Assembly: GCA_001464155.1 (NCBI GenBank)
Contig: LNEN01000305.1
Location: 28,297 to 92,296 of the forward strand
DNA length: 64,000 nucleotides
Origin: Cytophagales bacterium Ga0077538
GTDB taxonomy: Bacteria > Bacteroidota > Bacteroidia > Cytophagales > Cyclobacteriaceae
Direction of reading: 5' to 3'
The notes under the pieces were generated by a model. It had not been told where the DNA came from, did not search any database, and saw only the letters and a program-made list of their open reading frames with translations. Positions 47,570 to 55,905 of this stretch are shown piece after piece. The position numbers and the translations under genes are program-made. The first letter of the stretch is position 1; each line of letters opens with the position of its first letter.

Positions 47570-47646
47570 TGGCTGTGAGAGTTGGGATCGAACCAACCTA
47601 GTCTTGATTAACAGTCAAGCGCAGTCACCCTGATTGCTATCTCACA
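47570..47646 (-). tRNA. tRNA-Asn(GTT)
   Basis: Cloverleaf, G73, CCA. Confidence 0.9.
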
Positions 47647-47704
47647 ACAGTGTTATAAATAAATTAAAATGTTTTAGATTTAAACGTCTCGTGGACTTAC
47701 TTAT

Positions 47705-47800
47705 TTACTTGCAATTAAAGCAACTAAAATAAGAAAAAGCATTGTATCGCGAGCGCGATAAATAGGATCTCAAACTAAATTGTGAGAATAATGCTTTCAT
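47705..47800 (-). CDS. Leaderless 31-aa leader peptide of tRNA operon 3
   Basis: MKALFSQFSLRSYLSRSRYNAFSYFSCFNCK; ATG 7 nt after TATACT. Confidence 0.55.
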   Translation of the reverse strand: MKALFSQFSLRSYLSRSRYNAFSYFSCFNCK

Positions 47801-47818
47801 GGATATTAGTATACCATA
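47801..47818 (-). promoter_or_regulatory. Extended -10 promoter of tRNA operon 3
   Basis: TATGGTATACTAATATCC. Confidence 0.8.
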
Positions 47819-47836
47819 CTTTTCTAATAAAAATAG

Positions 47837-48013
47837 TTATTTTTCAAATTTATCTATAAAAAGATTGTTTGACGATACTAAAGGATTGATATTGAGCGAT
47901 CTTTCCTTACAAAGTCTATATTGCCAAGGCTTTATAACCTTTAATTTATATAGAAGTCTAGCTAAGGCTCGAAATGATTGGACCTTATGGCGATTAACTG
48001 TTCCGCCTCTCAT
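47837..48013 (-). CDS. Small basic hypothetical protein
   Basis: ATGA overlap with upstream gene. Confidence 0.45.
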   Translation of the reverse strand: MRGGTVNRHKVQSFRALARLLYKLKVIKPWQYRLCKERSLNINPLVSSNNLFIDKFEK

Positions 48014-48480
48014 GCCCAATCCGGCTTTTTAGCATTTGTCCATTTTGGTGGGCGCTTATCAACGGCCCACTTATCTCGCATAGTAACCTTATATGCCTCA
48101 TGAATATCTGCGATATGTTTATTAGGCGTGCAATTAGGCCATGGCGTTAAATCACCTGGTGGCATAAGTTTTGGACCACCGCATAAAGCATTAAAGATTT
48201 CATAAGACTTATGACCTTTACCAGTGCGACGTTGACGCTCTTCACAAAGATCACTCATATATAATAGAAGCCATTTGTAATTGGCTTCAGTTTGTCTAGT
48301 CCATACTGAACAAGGATGATTGAGATGTGCTATTTTATAGATGTCGTCACCTATGTAACCTTGAACTCGCATTGCTGTAGACAATAGTTGTGCAGTCTCA
48401 AGAATCATCTTATTAAGACGCAGATCATCAAGCATTTGTGCACATTTCCATGTATCTGGATCAGTTACGAATATGTTCAT
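48010..48480 (-). CDS. Pyrimidine-dimer DNA glycosylase/endonuclease V-like protein
   Basis: MNIF...A..LDD.RL.KMILE.AQLL, H.NHPC..W. Confidence 0.75.
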   Translation of the reverse strand: MNIFVTDPDTWKCAQMLDDLRLNKMILETAQLLSTAMRVQGYIGDDIYKIAHLNHPCSVWTRQTEANYKWLLLYMSDLCEERQRRTGKGHKSYEIFNALCGGPKLMPPGDLTPWPNCTPNKHIADIHEAYKVTMRDKWAVDKRPPKWTNAKKPDWA

Positions 48481-48759
48481 TTATTCCTTAAAGAAGGCAT
48501 TTGACTTATCAGTATGATCTGTTATATCTAACACAGAATTAACAGTTGGATCAAATGTTTTAATATGATTATTTACTATACTGTTCATAGTTGCTTTTGC
48601 GCCAGCGCAACCTTTACATCCACCGGACATTTTGGTGCGCACAGCTCTTAATTGATCAACCTCAATTATATCAACAACATCAACTCTACCACGATGCTGG
48701 CCAAGCAGTGTATTAACTGTTTCATCTAAGTGTTTTTGAATTTCATTTATTGTTTTCAT
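48481..48759 (-). CDS. NifU/NfuA C-terminal domain protein
   Basis: L..H.G.V, GGCKGC, DITDH....N.F. Confidence 0.85.
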   Translation of the reverse strand: MKTINEIQKHLDETVNTLLGQHRGRVDVVDIIEVDQLRAVRTKMSGGCKGCAGAKATMNSIVNNHIKTFDPTVNSVLDITDHTDKSNAFFKE

Positions 48760-48916
48760 ATTTTGGTTCTTCCATTATGAACATCATGAGTAAATAAAAT
48801 GCACCAAATCCACCAAAAACAAATATAATGCGAATCCAAATAGGATCATCGAAACCTAAATACTCTGAGATGCCAGAGCACACACCATCAATGATTTTAT
48901 CTTTGCCTTTACGCAT
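48743..48916 (-). CDS. PspC domain membrane protein
   Basis: DKIIDGVCSGISEYLG..DP.WIRI.FV. Confidence 0.85.
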   Translation of the reverse strand: MRKGKDKIIDGVCSGISEYLGFDDPIWIRIIFVFGGFGAFYLLMMFIMEEPKYENNK

Positions 48917-49074
48917 TCTTTTCGTATTCCTGCTTTGCACGGAATAACATATAACCGCCAATAAGTAAGTTAATTAACTTAATCGGGCCAAATGGTCCAA
49001 TAAACAATAAACCTAAATTTAATAGGCCAAGAACAACATATACAGAAATAATTGCGATTTGTGATTTACTCATA

Positions 49075-49281
49075 TTAATCCTTTTTGTTACTTAAGCTAG
49101 AACTTTTAAAAGCACCAGCGAGAAATGATAAACCTAAAGCCTGCATCCAGGTGATATCTGGAAGACCAAACACTGGCACCATAAATAAGTACCAACCAAG
49201 CTTAATAAATAAGAGCGATATAAGTACTACTATAGCAAGTATACCTAATACGCCCAAAGCTAATGCTAATAACTTTTCCAT
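49075..49281 (-). CDS. Small membrane protein
   Basis: FGLP.I.W.QA.GL motif, hydrophobic. Confidence 0.6.
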   Translation of the reverse strand: MEKLLALALGVLGILAIVVLISLLFIKLGWYLFMVPVFGLPDITWMQALGLSFLAGAFKSSSLSNKKD

Positions 49282-49706
49282 TACTTTTCTCCTTTTTCTA
49301 AATCAGTCTCTTCTACAATGCCCCATCTTTTATCTTTAAGAGGATTCATTGGGTCGAGATATATTGGTGATTTCATAAAAGCTTCAGAAGGAAGATCATC
49401 TACATACCAATTAGGCTTATCCATACAAATATCCACAAGATGATCTATACCTAATGTTTTGCATACGCTTTCAGCCCAAGCGTGACCACCTTGTGACCAA
49501 ACAACAACAGTGTGTCCACGAGCTTTAAACTGCCTTAATAGTTGGATGTGTCGATTATGAGGCATTACAAGTTCAGTGCAGTTGGCATCTGGGTTAGTAA
49601 TTTGTACTAGACCAACTGCATCTGGATTAATACTTTGCCAATCCCAAATTACTAACGTATCATCTACGTCAAACATTACAATACGGCTTGATCTAATTAC
49701 TTGCAT
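49281..49706 (-). CDS. HAD-superfamily hydrolase
   Basis: FDVDDTL, VWS.GG, KP..YVDD. Confidence 0.8.
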   Translation of the reverse strand: MQVIRSSRIVMFDVDDTLVIWDWQSINPDAVGLVQITNPDANCTELVMPHNRHIQLLRQFKARGHTVVVWSQGGHAWAESVCKTLGIDHLVDICMDKPNWYVDDLPSEAFMKSPIYLDPMNPLKDKRWGIVEETDLEKGEK

Positions 49707-49707
49707 A

Positions 49708-50049
49708 TTACAACTTCTTTTTCATTTCTTGAATTTGACGAAGAATTTTTTGAATATCTTCAGTGGGCATTTTTTTAATCTCTTGAGCTTGAATATTGCT
49801 TTTAACTTTAGTTTTTGAAGCAGATTTATTTTTCATGTGTTGAGCAAATTGCGATAAAAGATCTTCATCAAGATCTTGTGTAGACTTAGGGGTAGAACGT
49901 GGTCTTTTAATAGTGCCCATAGGTCTTGGTGGACTTGACTTTAAGTATTCTTCACGTTTAAGTTTTTCAGCTTTGTATTTATCATATACAAAAGTGCCTG
50001 CAACACCAACGATAAATAGTATTATGCCAAGAATAAGTAATTCAATCAT
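49708..50049 (-). CDS. Membrane-anchored hypothetical protein
   Basis: N-terminal TM. Confidence 0.55.
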   Translation of the reverse strand: MIELLILGIILFIVGVAGTFVYDKYKAEKLKREEYLKSSPPRPMGTIKRPRSTPKSTQDLDEDLLSQFAQHMKNKSASKTKVKSNIQAQEIKKMPTEDIQKILRQIQEMKKKL

Positions 50050-50084
50050 AGAACCCTCTTCGTTATAGGGATTCTACAATCAGA

Positions 50085-50614
50085 TTATTCGACGTCGAAT
50101 AGTTCTATGTATTGTTCAAGTCCATCGGGTCCGATAGACTTTAAGAGTTCTGTAACTTCCTCATTGTTAGCATATTTAGCCTTCATGAGGGTGTACAACG
50201 TAGCAGTGTCAATCTCAGACTTCTTAAGCTTCTTTTTCCAAGCTCTAAGTTTCTTTTCATCAACATGGTGACGACCGCGATTAAGTTTCTCAGGAACAGC
50301 TCGTGTATTGCTTGCTGCATATCCTTTAGAGTTATCTTTACGATCTGGAGATAGTTTTTGACCAGTTTTCTTTTCAGCAGATTGCATCTGCTTAACAATA
50401 GACTTACGAGATCCTAGGCCAGAAGACTTCTTAGAAGCTGTACCATTCTTACCTTTTTGACGGCGTAAAGCATCATCTGCTTTAGTCTGAGCACGTTGCC
50501 AGTGACCTGGCTTCTTCTTATTGGATGCTAATTTCTTAAGGCAACCAGAGCAGCGTCCACTTGGATTAGACTTTTCTTTTCTAAGACTTCAGTAACTTCT
50601 TTAAGATCACTCAT
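50085..50614 (-). pseudogene. Frameshifted basic protein with HNH-like SPDRKDNSKGY motif
   Basis: ATG 50614 frame stops early; the second frame is open from about 50588 to 50085 with no start codon near its 5' end. Confidence 0.5.
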
Positions 50615-50618
50615 GTTT

Positions 50619-51092
50619 CTATTTTACCAGATCTTTTAGATACTCAGTGGCCGCTATTGTTAGCTTAGGGTCATCCTTTAATAGTCCAATTGCTGTATTG
50701 CAATCGCTACATAGTAATCCACGAATTTTACCTGTAGTATGACAATGATCTACAGCTAAGGCCTTAGTTAACTCAGATTGATGTGTTTTACATATTTTGC
50801 AGCAATTTGATTGGTTTAACAGCATTTTATCGTAAATAGAGGTATCGATCCCATAATTTCTTTTTAGTGTTGAATTTCTATTACTCGATTTATGTTTCTC
50901 TGGGTTTCGCTCTTTCCAAGATCTTGCTATAGCATTAAACTTATCTGGATTATTCTTTCTCCATTCTAAATTCCTAGCCTGAGCGCAAGCTTTACAGTGA
51001 GAACTATAGCCATCTTTACGACGACTATCCTTTTTAAAATCTTTTAATTCTTGAGAAACTAAACATGAAGTGCATGTTTTATGGCCAAGCAT
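50619..51092 (-). CDS. Endonuclease VII-family homing/recombination endonuclease
   Basis: LAVDHCHTTGKIRGLLC..CN..IG...DD. Confidence 0.9.
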   Translation of the reverse strand: MLGHKTCTSCLVSQELKDFKKDSRRKDGYSSHCKACAQARNLEWRKNNPDKFNAIARSWKERNPEKHKSSNRNSTLKRNYGIDTSIYDKMLLNQSNCCKICKTHQSELTKALAVDHCHTTGKIRGLLCSDCNTAIGLLKDDPKLTIAATEYLKDLVK

Positions 51093-51786
51093 AAATAACC
51101 TCTCTGGTTCTTACCTCAATAGCACATAATGGTGCCTTTGGTGAGCATCCGGCTCCAGCGTCAGCATAGATATAATGGTCATAGAAGCGCGGATGTAATT
51201 GGCCCTTGCGAATGGCATGAATGTGCCCACAAACTCCTATAACGCCATTCCCGTGATCTCTGGCCATGCCAAATTCATCACCCACTCCATCCCAGATTCC
51301 CCAACAATACTCATCATCAGTAATAGGTAAACCTTGATTCAATGTGTTCCTACGGTTTTCTCGTGGCACGGGGGCATGACTAAAGAAGAAGCCAGGCTCT
51401 TCGTGTTTAAAAGGTAGGTGAGATAACCATTGTAAGTGGTCATGTGTCATACTATGGAAACCAGCTAGTTGATAACTAAGTAAAGTTGCCTGCCCACCAT
51501 TATTATCATGCATCCAGATGTCATCTTGACTTTTGCGGGCATAATACATGATATTGATCCACTCATGGTTACCTGCTAAGCAAATTACATTATTTGGATA
51601 TGTTTCTTGAAGGTTTTTAAGGAAGCAAATAACTCCGTAAGAGTCAGGGCCTCTATCTACATAGTCACCTGTGAAGATGACTTTGTCAGTAGATAGGTCT
51701 AATTTATGATTAGTTATAAGATCATCCCAAAGTTTTTTTAGTAGATCTAATCGTCCATGTATATCAGCAATGCAGTAAAGTTTCAT
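51079..51786 (-). CDS. Metallophosphoesterase (Ser/Thr protein phosphatase-like)
   Basis: DIHG, GDYVDRG, GNHE, GH. Confidence 0.92.
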   Translation of the reverse strand: MKLYCIADIHGRLDLLKKLWDDLITNHKLDLSTDKVIFTGDYVDRGPDSYGVICFLKNLQETYPNNVICLAGNHEWINIMYYARKSQDDIWMHDNNGGQATLLSYQLAGFHSMTHDHLQWLSHLPFKHEEPGFFFSHAPVPRENRRNTLNQGLPITDDEYCWGIWDGVGDEFGMARDHGNGVIGVCGHIHAIRKGQLHPRFYDHYIYADAGAGCSPKAPLCAIEVRTREVIYAWP

Positions 51787-51813
51787 TTACTGATTATACT
51801 GATATTAACAATT

Positions 51814-52323
51814 TTAGTCGTGGTCGTATTCTTCTGTTTCAACACCATCAGCTGTCACAGTGACTTGTATATGGTCGCCAAACATAGATTTCATGGTGTC
51901 TTCCATTTCGCGTATCTTATTGAAAACAGCTTGAATACTTTTCACTGCTTTTTTACATTCTTCGACTTGTTTATAATTTAATACGTCTGATCTTTTTTCA
52001 AAGAACTTGTCATTGATTTGCCACTCATCATACCAGCCCTCATCGTGGCCATTTTCATTATTATCGTCTTCGCCAACAGGTGCACCTAAGTTGAACTTAA
52101 ATTCTGGATCTTGAACACTAAAAACACACTCTTCTCCATCATTAAAATGAGGAGTGTATTGATTCCATCTCACTCCCGCAATAAGCGGATTACCAACCAT
52201 AAGATCCTTAAGTAGATTCATTATGTCTTTAGTGGCAGATTTTTCTGCTTTTTTAAGTTCATTTCTAATGTCGTCAATTTTAGCAAGACGTTCTTTTAAA
52301 TCTTTATCTACTGTTTTTGCCAT
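51814..52323 (-). CDS. Conserved-looking phage hypothetical protein
   Basis: W.QYTP.FNDGE.C.F and FGDH..VTV motifs. Confidence 0.65.
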   Translation of the reverse strand: MAKTVDKDLKERLAKIDDIRNELKKAEKSATKDIMNLLKDLMVGNPLIAGVRWNQYTPHFNDGEECVFSVQDPEFKFNLGAPVGEDDNNENGHDEGWYDEWQINDKFFEKRSDVLNYKQVEECKKAVKSIQAVFNKIREMEDTMKSMFGDHIQVTVTADGVETEEYDHD

Positions 52324-52331
52324 ATAAACCT

Positions 52332-52679
52332 CTAATCAAAGTTAATTTTAAGTTTAGTTTTCTTAGTGCCGCCTAGCCAAGGATAGAAAGGCATTTCGAT
52401 TAAATAGTCTTGGATAGTTGGGATGCGACCCATATCATCAATTACATGCTGTTCAGCAATATCTCTAACAGAGACATGCTTTCCATCAGAATTAATGATG
52501 CCTTCACCAAATACCTGCTCGCATAAAAATATACCAAATGAAGAATGTAAGATGGCTCGGTGACGCATATCAGGAAAGTGAGCCTTGGTTTGATCAAACC
52601 AATCATGAATTTTTTGATAGTCTTCTTCTTTGCCGCCCCACTTTTTAACTGAAACGGTACCGTGCAAAAATGGCTTCAT
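52332..52679 (-). CDS. DUF6915-like protein
   Basis: P..H..SS..WGG...DY..IH.WFD, RHRA..H, AEQHV.D. Confidence 0.7.
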   Translation of the reverse strand: MKPFLHGTVSVKKWGGKEEDYQKIHDWFDQTKAHFPDMRHRAILHSSFGIFLCEQVFGEGIINSDGKHVSVRDIAEQHVIDDMGRIPTIQDYLIEMPFYPWLGGTKKTKLKINFD

Positions 52680-52693
52680 AAATCCTCCCAGAT

Positions 52694-52930
52694 CTAGATG
52701 GGTTCAAATAGATTCAGACTGTAAGTTTTCCACTCTTCATTGTCATCGTAAATAAGAAATTTAATGTTATTAGAAACACTGTGGTTTCCACCACCACTTA
52801 ACTTATTAAGTACTTGAGCGTCATAAGTCTTGCCCAAAGTTAATCCTTCAATTGGCTCTTCGCCATGCGCACCAATTCCAAGAAATCCTTCGCTTGCGTC
52901 AGTATGAGCTTTAATACATTTAATTTTCAT
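52694..52930 (-). CDS. Hypothetical protein
   Basis: ORF in operon. Confidence 0.5.
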   Translation of the reverse strand: MKIKCIKAHTDASEGFLGIGAHGEEPIEGLTLGKTYDAQVLNKLSGGGNHSVSNNIKFLIYDDNEEWKTYSLNLFEPI

Positions 52931-53231
52931 CTTTAATTCCCATTAAGGCTAATTCAGCTACTTTTTCTTGAATTACTTCATCATGTGCTACTAATGCTTT
53001 TAATAGCAAATCTTGTATGTCGGTAATGCGCTTATAGATTGCTGGCACATTGCCATGCTGGTGACTAGAAAAAGAACTACCACTGCTCAATCCACCATAA
53101 GATTGTTGATATGTGTCATGCTTAGGTAATGCTAAGTATGCAAGCATCAAAGAGTGCATCCTAGCCATTTCATTATCTAAGATAGCGTAAATGTTAATTG
53201 CTGCTTGATTCGACTTTTGTTCTTTGCTCAT
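52920..53231 (-). CDS. Hypothetical protein
   Basis: ORF in operon. Confidence 0.5.
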   Translation of the reverse strand: MSKEQKSNQAAINIYAILDNEMARMHSLMLAYLALPKHDTYQQSYGGLSSGSSFSSHQHGNVPAIYKRITDIQDLLLKALVAHDEVIQEKVAELALMGIKDEN

Positions 53232-53670
53232 TTTGAGCTCTCCTTACATCACGTAAGCATTTAGGGGTTTTTAGTGTTGGTCTTTCAAATGATGGCATAT
53301 TTTGTTCATCTGTTAAACCAAGACCAGATTCAACTACTGCATTCATTAGCTCTGCAACGTCAAAATTGTCAGCATCTTTAGGAAACGTAACACTAATATC
53401 TACGCCAGGATTTCCTTCTCTGTGAGCATAGCGACCAGGGCCAGAACCTATGATTCTAATTCTGTATGAGATTGGAGTTTCTTTATAAAAGAGAACTATA
53501 TCTTTATCAAGAAATTGAGCTTTTGATGTTTTAGCTAGATCTTCTAGAACGAAGCTAGCAATACCGTAGAAATATCCAAGAATTTCTTGAGTTGAATCTT
53601 TAGTGCTTTCTTGAATTAAGTAACCAAGACTTCTATCAAGATTGAACCTTCTGCACTTTATTTGTTTCAT
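53194..53670 (-). CDS. Hypothetical protein
   Basis: ORF in operon. Confidence 0.55.
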   Translation of the reverse strand: MKQIKCRRFNLDRSLGYLIQESTKDSTQEILGYFYGIASFVLEDLAKTSKAQFLDKDIVLFYKETPISYRIRIIGSGPGRYAHREGNPGVDISVTFPKDADNFDVAELMNAVVESGLGLTDEQNMPSFERPTLKTPKCLRDVRRAQNEQRTKVESSSN

Positions 53671-53977
53671 CTTTCACTCCCATGAAAAGTTCTTCGCTCA
53701 AAACATTTAACGCATACCAATCCTCTAATATCTTAAAGGATTCGTTGTGTTTATATTCAATCAGGGGAAGTTCAACAATTAGATCTGGTAGTTTATTTTC
53801 GTCGTCCCAAAGATAGACGCGTGAAGCCATAAGCATTATTTGAATAGGTTCACCGTACTTATCGGTACCTTTTCTTTGCCATTCTTCTTCAACGTGTTCC
53901 AATAGATAAGGACCAAGATAGCAAACTTTACGAGTTAACTCATCTTGGTCGCCTACTGATTCCCATTTGTAGTGCAT
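53636..53977 (-). CDS. Hypothetical protein
   Basis: SD GGAG before ATG 53977. Confidence 0.5.
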   Translation of the reverse strand: MHYKWESVGDQDELTRKVCYLGPYLLEHVEEEWQRKGTDKYGEPIQIMLMASRVYLWDDENKLPDLIVELPLIEYKHNESFKILEDWYALNVLSEELFMGVKDETNKVQKVQS

Positions 53978-54219
53978 TCGATCTCCGCTGTACCAAGCTC
54001 TTCGCTTAGTCTGCAAAGCTCGTCCTGGAGCTGAGTTATTTGTTCTTGAGTAACATCATCGTCACCATCGCCATTTTTTAATGTGGCATGAAGTCTTTGA
54101 AGTTGATTGTCCATTACTTTAAGTGCTTCAATATGAACATCAAATATAGTTTTTTCAACTAATGGTGTAGTGGTCGTACTAGAATAAGAACTGCCATAGC
54201 CTTGACTATCTTTACCCAT
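53953..54219 (-). CDS. Hypothetical coiled-coil protein
   Basis: SD GGAGG. Confidence 0.5.
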   Translation of the reverse strand: MGKDSQGYGSSYSSTTTTPLVEKTIFDVHIEALKVMDNQLQRLHATLKNGDGDDDVTQEQITQLQDELCRLSEELGTAEIECTTNGNQ

Positions 54220-54409
54220 CTAATACCTCCACTGTAACAGTTGATCCAAGATCTTTATCATAAAAAGATTCAGCTTCACCTTTATCTCTTAATTTATCTA
54301 AAACTTGTTCAGCATGAGCGTATGAATGCGCTTTAACTTCAAAGTAATAAGCCACTTTTTCAATCACTGTTACAACATATTTTTTAAGTTTCTTTTTCTT
54401 TTTGCTCAT
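54212..54409 (-). CDS. Small hypothetical protein
   Basis: KYVVTVIE.....FEVKA.S...AE pattern. Confidence 0.5.
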   Translation of the reverse strand: MSKKKKKLKKYVVTVIEKVAYYFEVKAHSYAHAEQVLDKLRDKGEAESFYDKDLGSTVTVEVLDG

Positions 54410-54410
54410 A

Positions 54411-55799
54411 TTATCTTCTTTTACTTGTTGATCCATCTGGACATTTAACAGTATCGCCAAGACGTTTTAAAGGGTGATCTTCAGTTCCGCCTTTAGAAAT
54501 AATCCAAAGAACTTGTGGGAATTGTTGACCAGGACGCATCCAAGATTCAACAGGAACGTCGCCATAGCAACCATCTGTAATGATAATTGATAAATCACCT
54601 TTACGCTTAAAGATATCTTCAAGAGTTTTAGTTAAATCAGTACCACCAGATTGAATCATTGATTTGTCAATCTTAGTACCCATTTTGTATTGCTGACGAC
54701 CATAGTGCTCAGTATGGAAGAATGCTAGATTACATTTACGAGCGCCAACTTTTAAGAACTGATCTACGATCTCAAGGAATTCATTTAACTCCTCAGTAGA
54801 GATAGAACCAGAAGTATCAAGATGTAACTCGAGCTTAGGTAAGTCACCAACCTTAGTGCCTGGCGCTTTGAAACCTAAACGTTTATTTTTACGAGTCCAA
54901 GTGCCTTTACGGTTGTGACCATTAGCATGTTTTTTCATTGCCAATAGAATTAAAGCTTTGTAATTTAATTCATTACGTCGCGTCTTGATTTCCTCAAGAA
55001 GATCTTTAACATGACCAGGAAGATCGTCGTATGAAAGACGAGCTTTAACCATTGCACGCTTAACTAATTCTTCAGTAGCATCAAGCATTTCTTTTTCTTC
55101 GCCAGCTCCATCCCACATGTGCTCATCAATAGTTTGTGGTAGATCGCCGGTTTCAGTGCCGCCGCCAGAATTGCCATCGCCTTTATCATCTTTATCTGGA
55201 TCGTCAAATCGCTTAATTAAGCGATCATAATACGCTTCCATAGTTTGATTAAGAGGCCATTGTGTTTTTGTGCCAGTTTTAGGATCTTGGTCGAAATAAT
55301 CTTTGACATCAATACATCGACCAGGGCACAACTCATTAGGGCAAGGAGTTGGTTGACCTATTGGAGGACACTGATTACATCCTTTTGGAATATCAGGAAT
55401 ATATTGGTTGATTGCCATATCAGCAGCAATATTCATAAGCATTCGCTTACGAGCGCTAATTTTCATAAACGGAACGCGAAGAGGATGTTTATGGGTGATA
55501 TGTGAAAGTTCGTGAATAAGAACAGCTTTACGCTCTTTAGCGCTAAGTTTCTTACAGAAGAAGTATGGATTAACTAACATATCCCATCGTTTAGCATCTG
55601 TATTAAACAGAATACCTGCTGTTGGAAGTTGATGAGAATAAGAGATTGTTAGACATTGAAGGACTGAGCCTAGAAATGGATTTGTTTTAGAAGTCTCATA
55701 AATTGATGTTGCCAAACATTGAGACATTTCCTCAACTGGAACCATCTCTTTTTCCATTTGCTTCTTAATCTCTTTTGGATCGCGAATTCTTGATGACAT
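54411..55799 (-). CDS. DUF2201-like metallopeptidase-VWA protein
   Basis: HELSH, NIAADMAIN, DTSGS, GGTD, ITDG MIDAS motifs. Confidence 0.9.
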   Translation of the reverse strand: MSSRIRDPKEIKKQMEKEMVPVEEMSQCLATSIYETSKTNPFLGSVLQCLTISYSHQLPTAGILFNTDAKRWDMLVNPYFFCKKLSAKERKAVLIHELSHITHKHPLRVPFMKISARKRMLMNIAADMAINQYIPDIPKGCNQCPPIGQPTPCPNELCPGRCIDVKDYFDQDPKTGTKTQWPLNQTMEAYYDRLIKRFDDPDKDDKGDGNSGGGTETGDLPQTIDEHMWDGAGEEKEMLDATEELVKRAMVKARLSYDDLPGHVKDLLEEIKTRRNELNYKALILLAMKKHANGHNRKGTWTRKNKRLGFKAPGTKVGDLPKLELHLDTSGSISTEELNEFLEIVDQFLKVGARKCNLAFFHTEHYGRQQYKMGTKIDKSMIQSGGTDLTKTLEDIFKRKGDLSIIITDGCYGDVPVESWMRPGQQFPQVLWIISKGGTEDHPLKRLGDTVKCPDGSTSKRR

Positions 55800-55850
55800 A
55801 TAGTAACTCCCTCGTTACACTTCTATTGTATCAGTACGAGCCCCCATGTT

Positions 55851-55896
55851 AAAAAGGAAACGAGCTGAGTGTAGGGAGGAGTCCACTCAGCTCGTT
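55851..55896 (-). terminator. Terminator between AAA and VWA genes
   Basis: 13-bp stem AACGAGCTGAGTG/CACTCAGCTCGTT plus T-rich tail. Confidence 0.75.
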
Positions 55897-55905
55897 ATAA
55901 TCGAA

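Noticed and set aside
50619..51092. Group I intron around the endonuclease VII gene
   Set aside because: Flanking genes are not two halves of one gene and there is no room for an intron core
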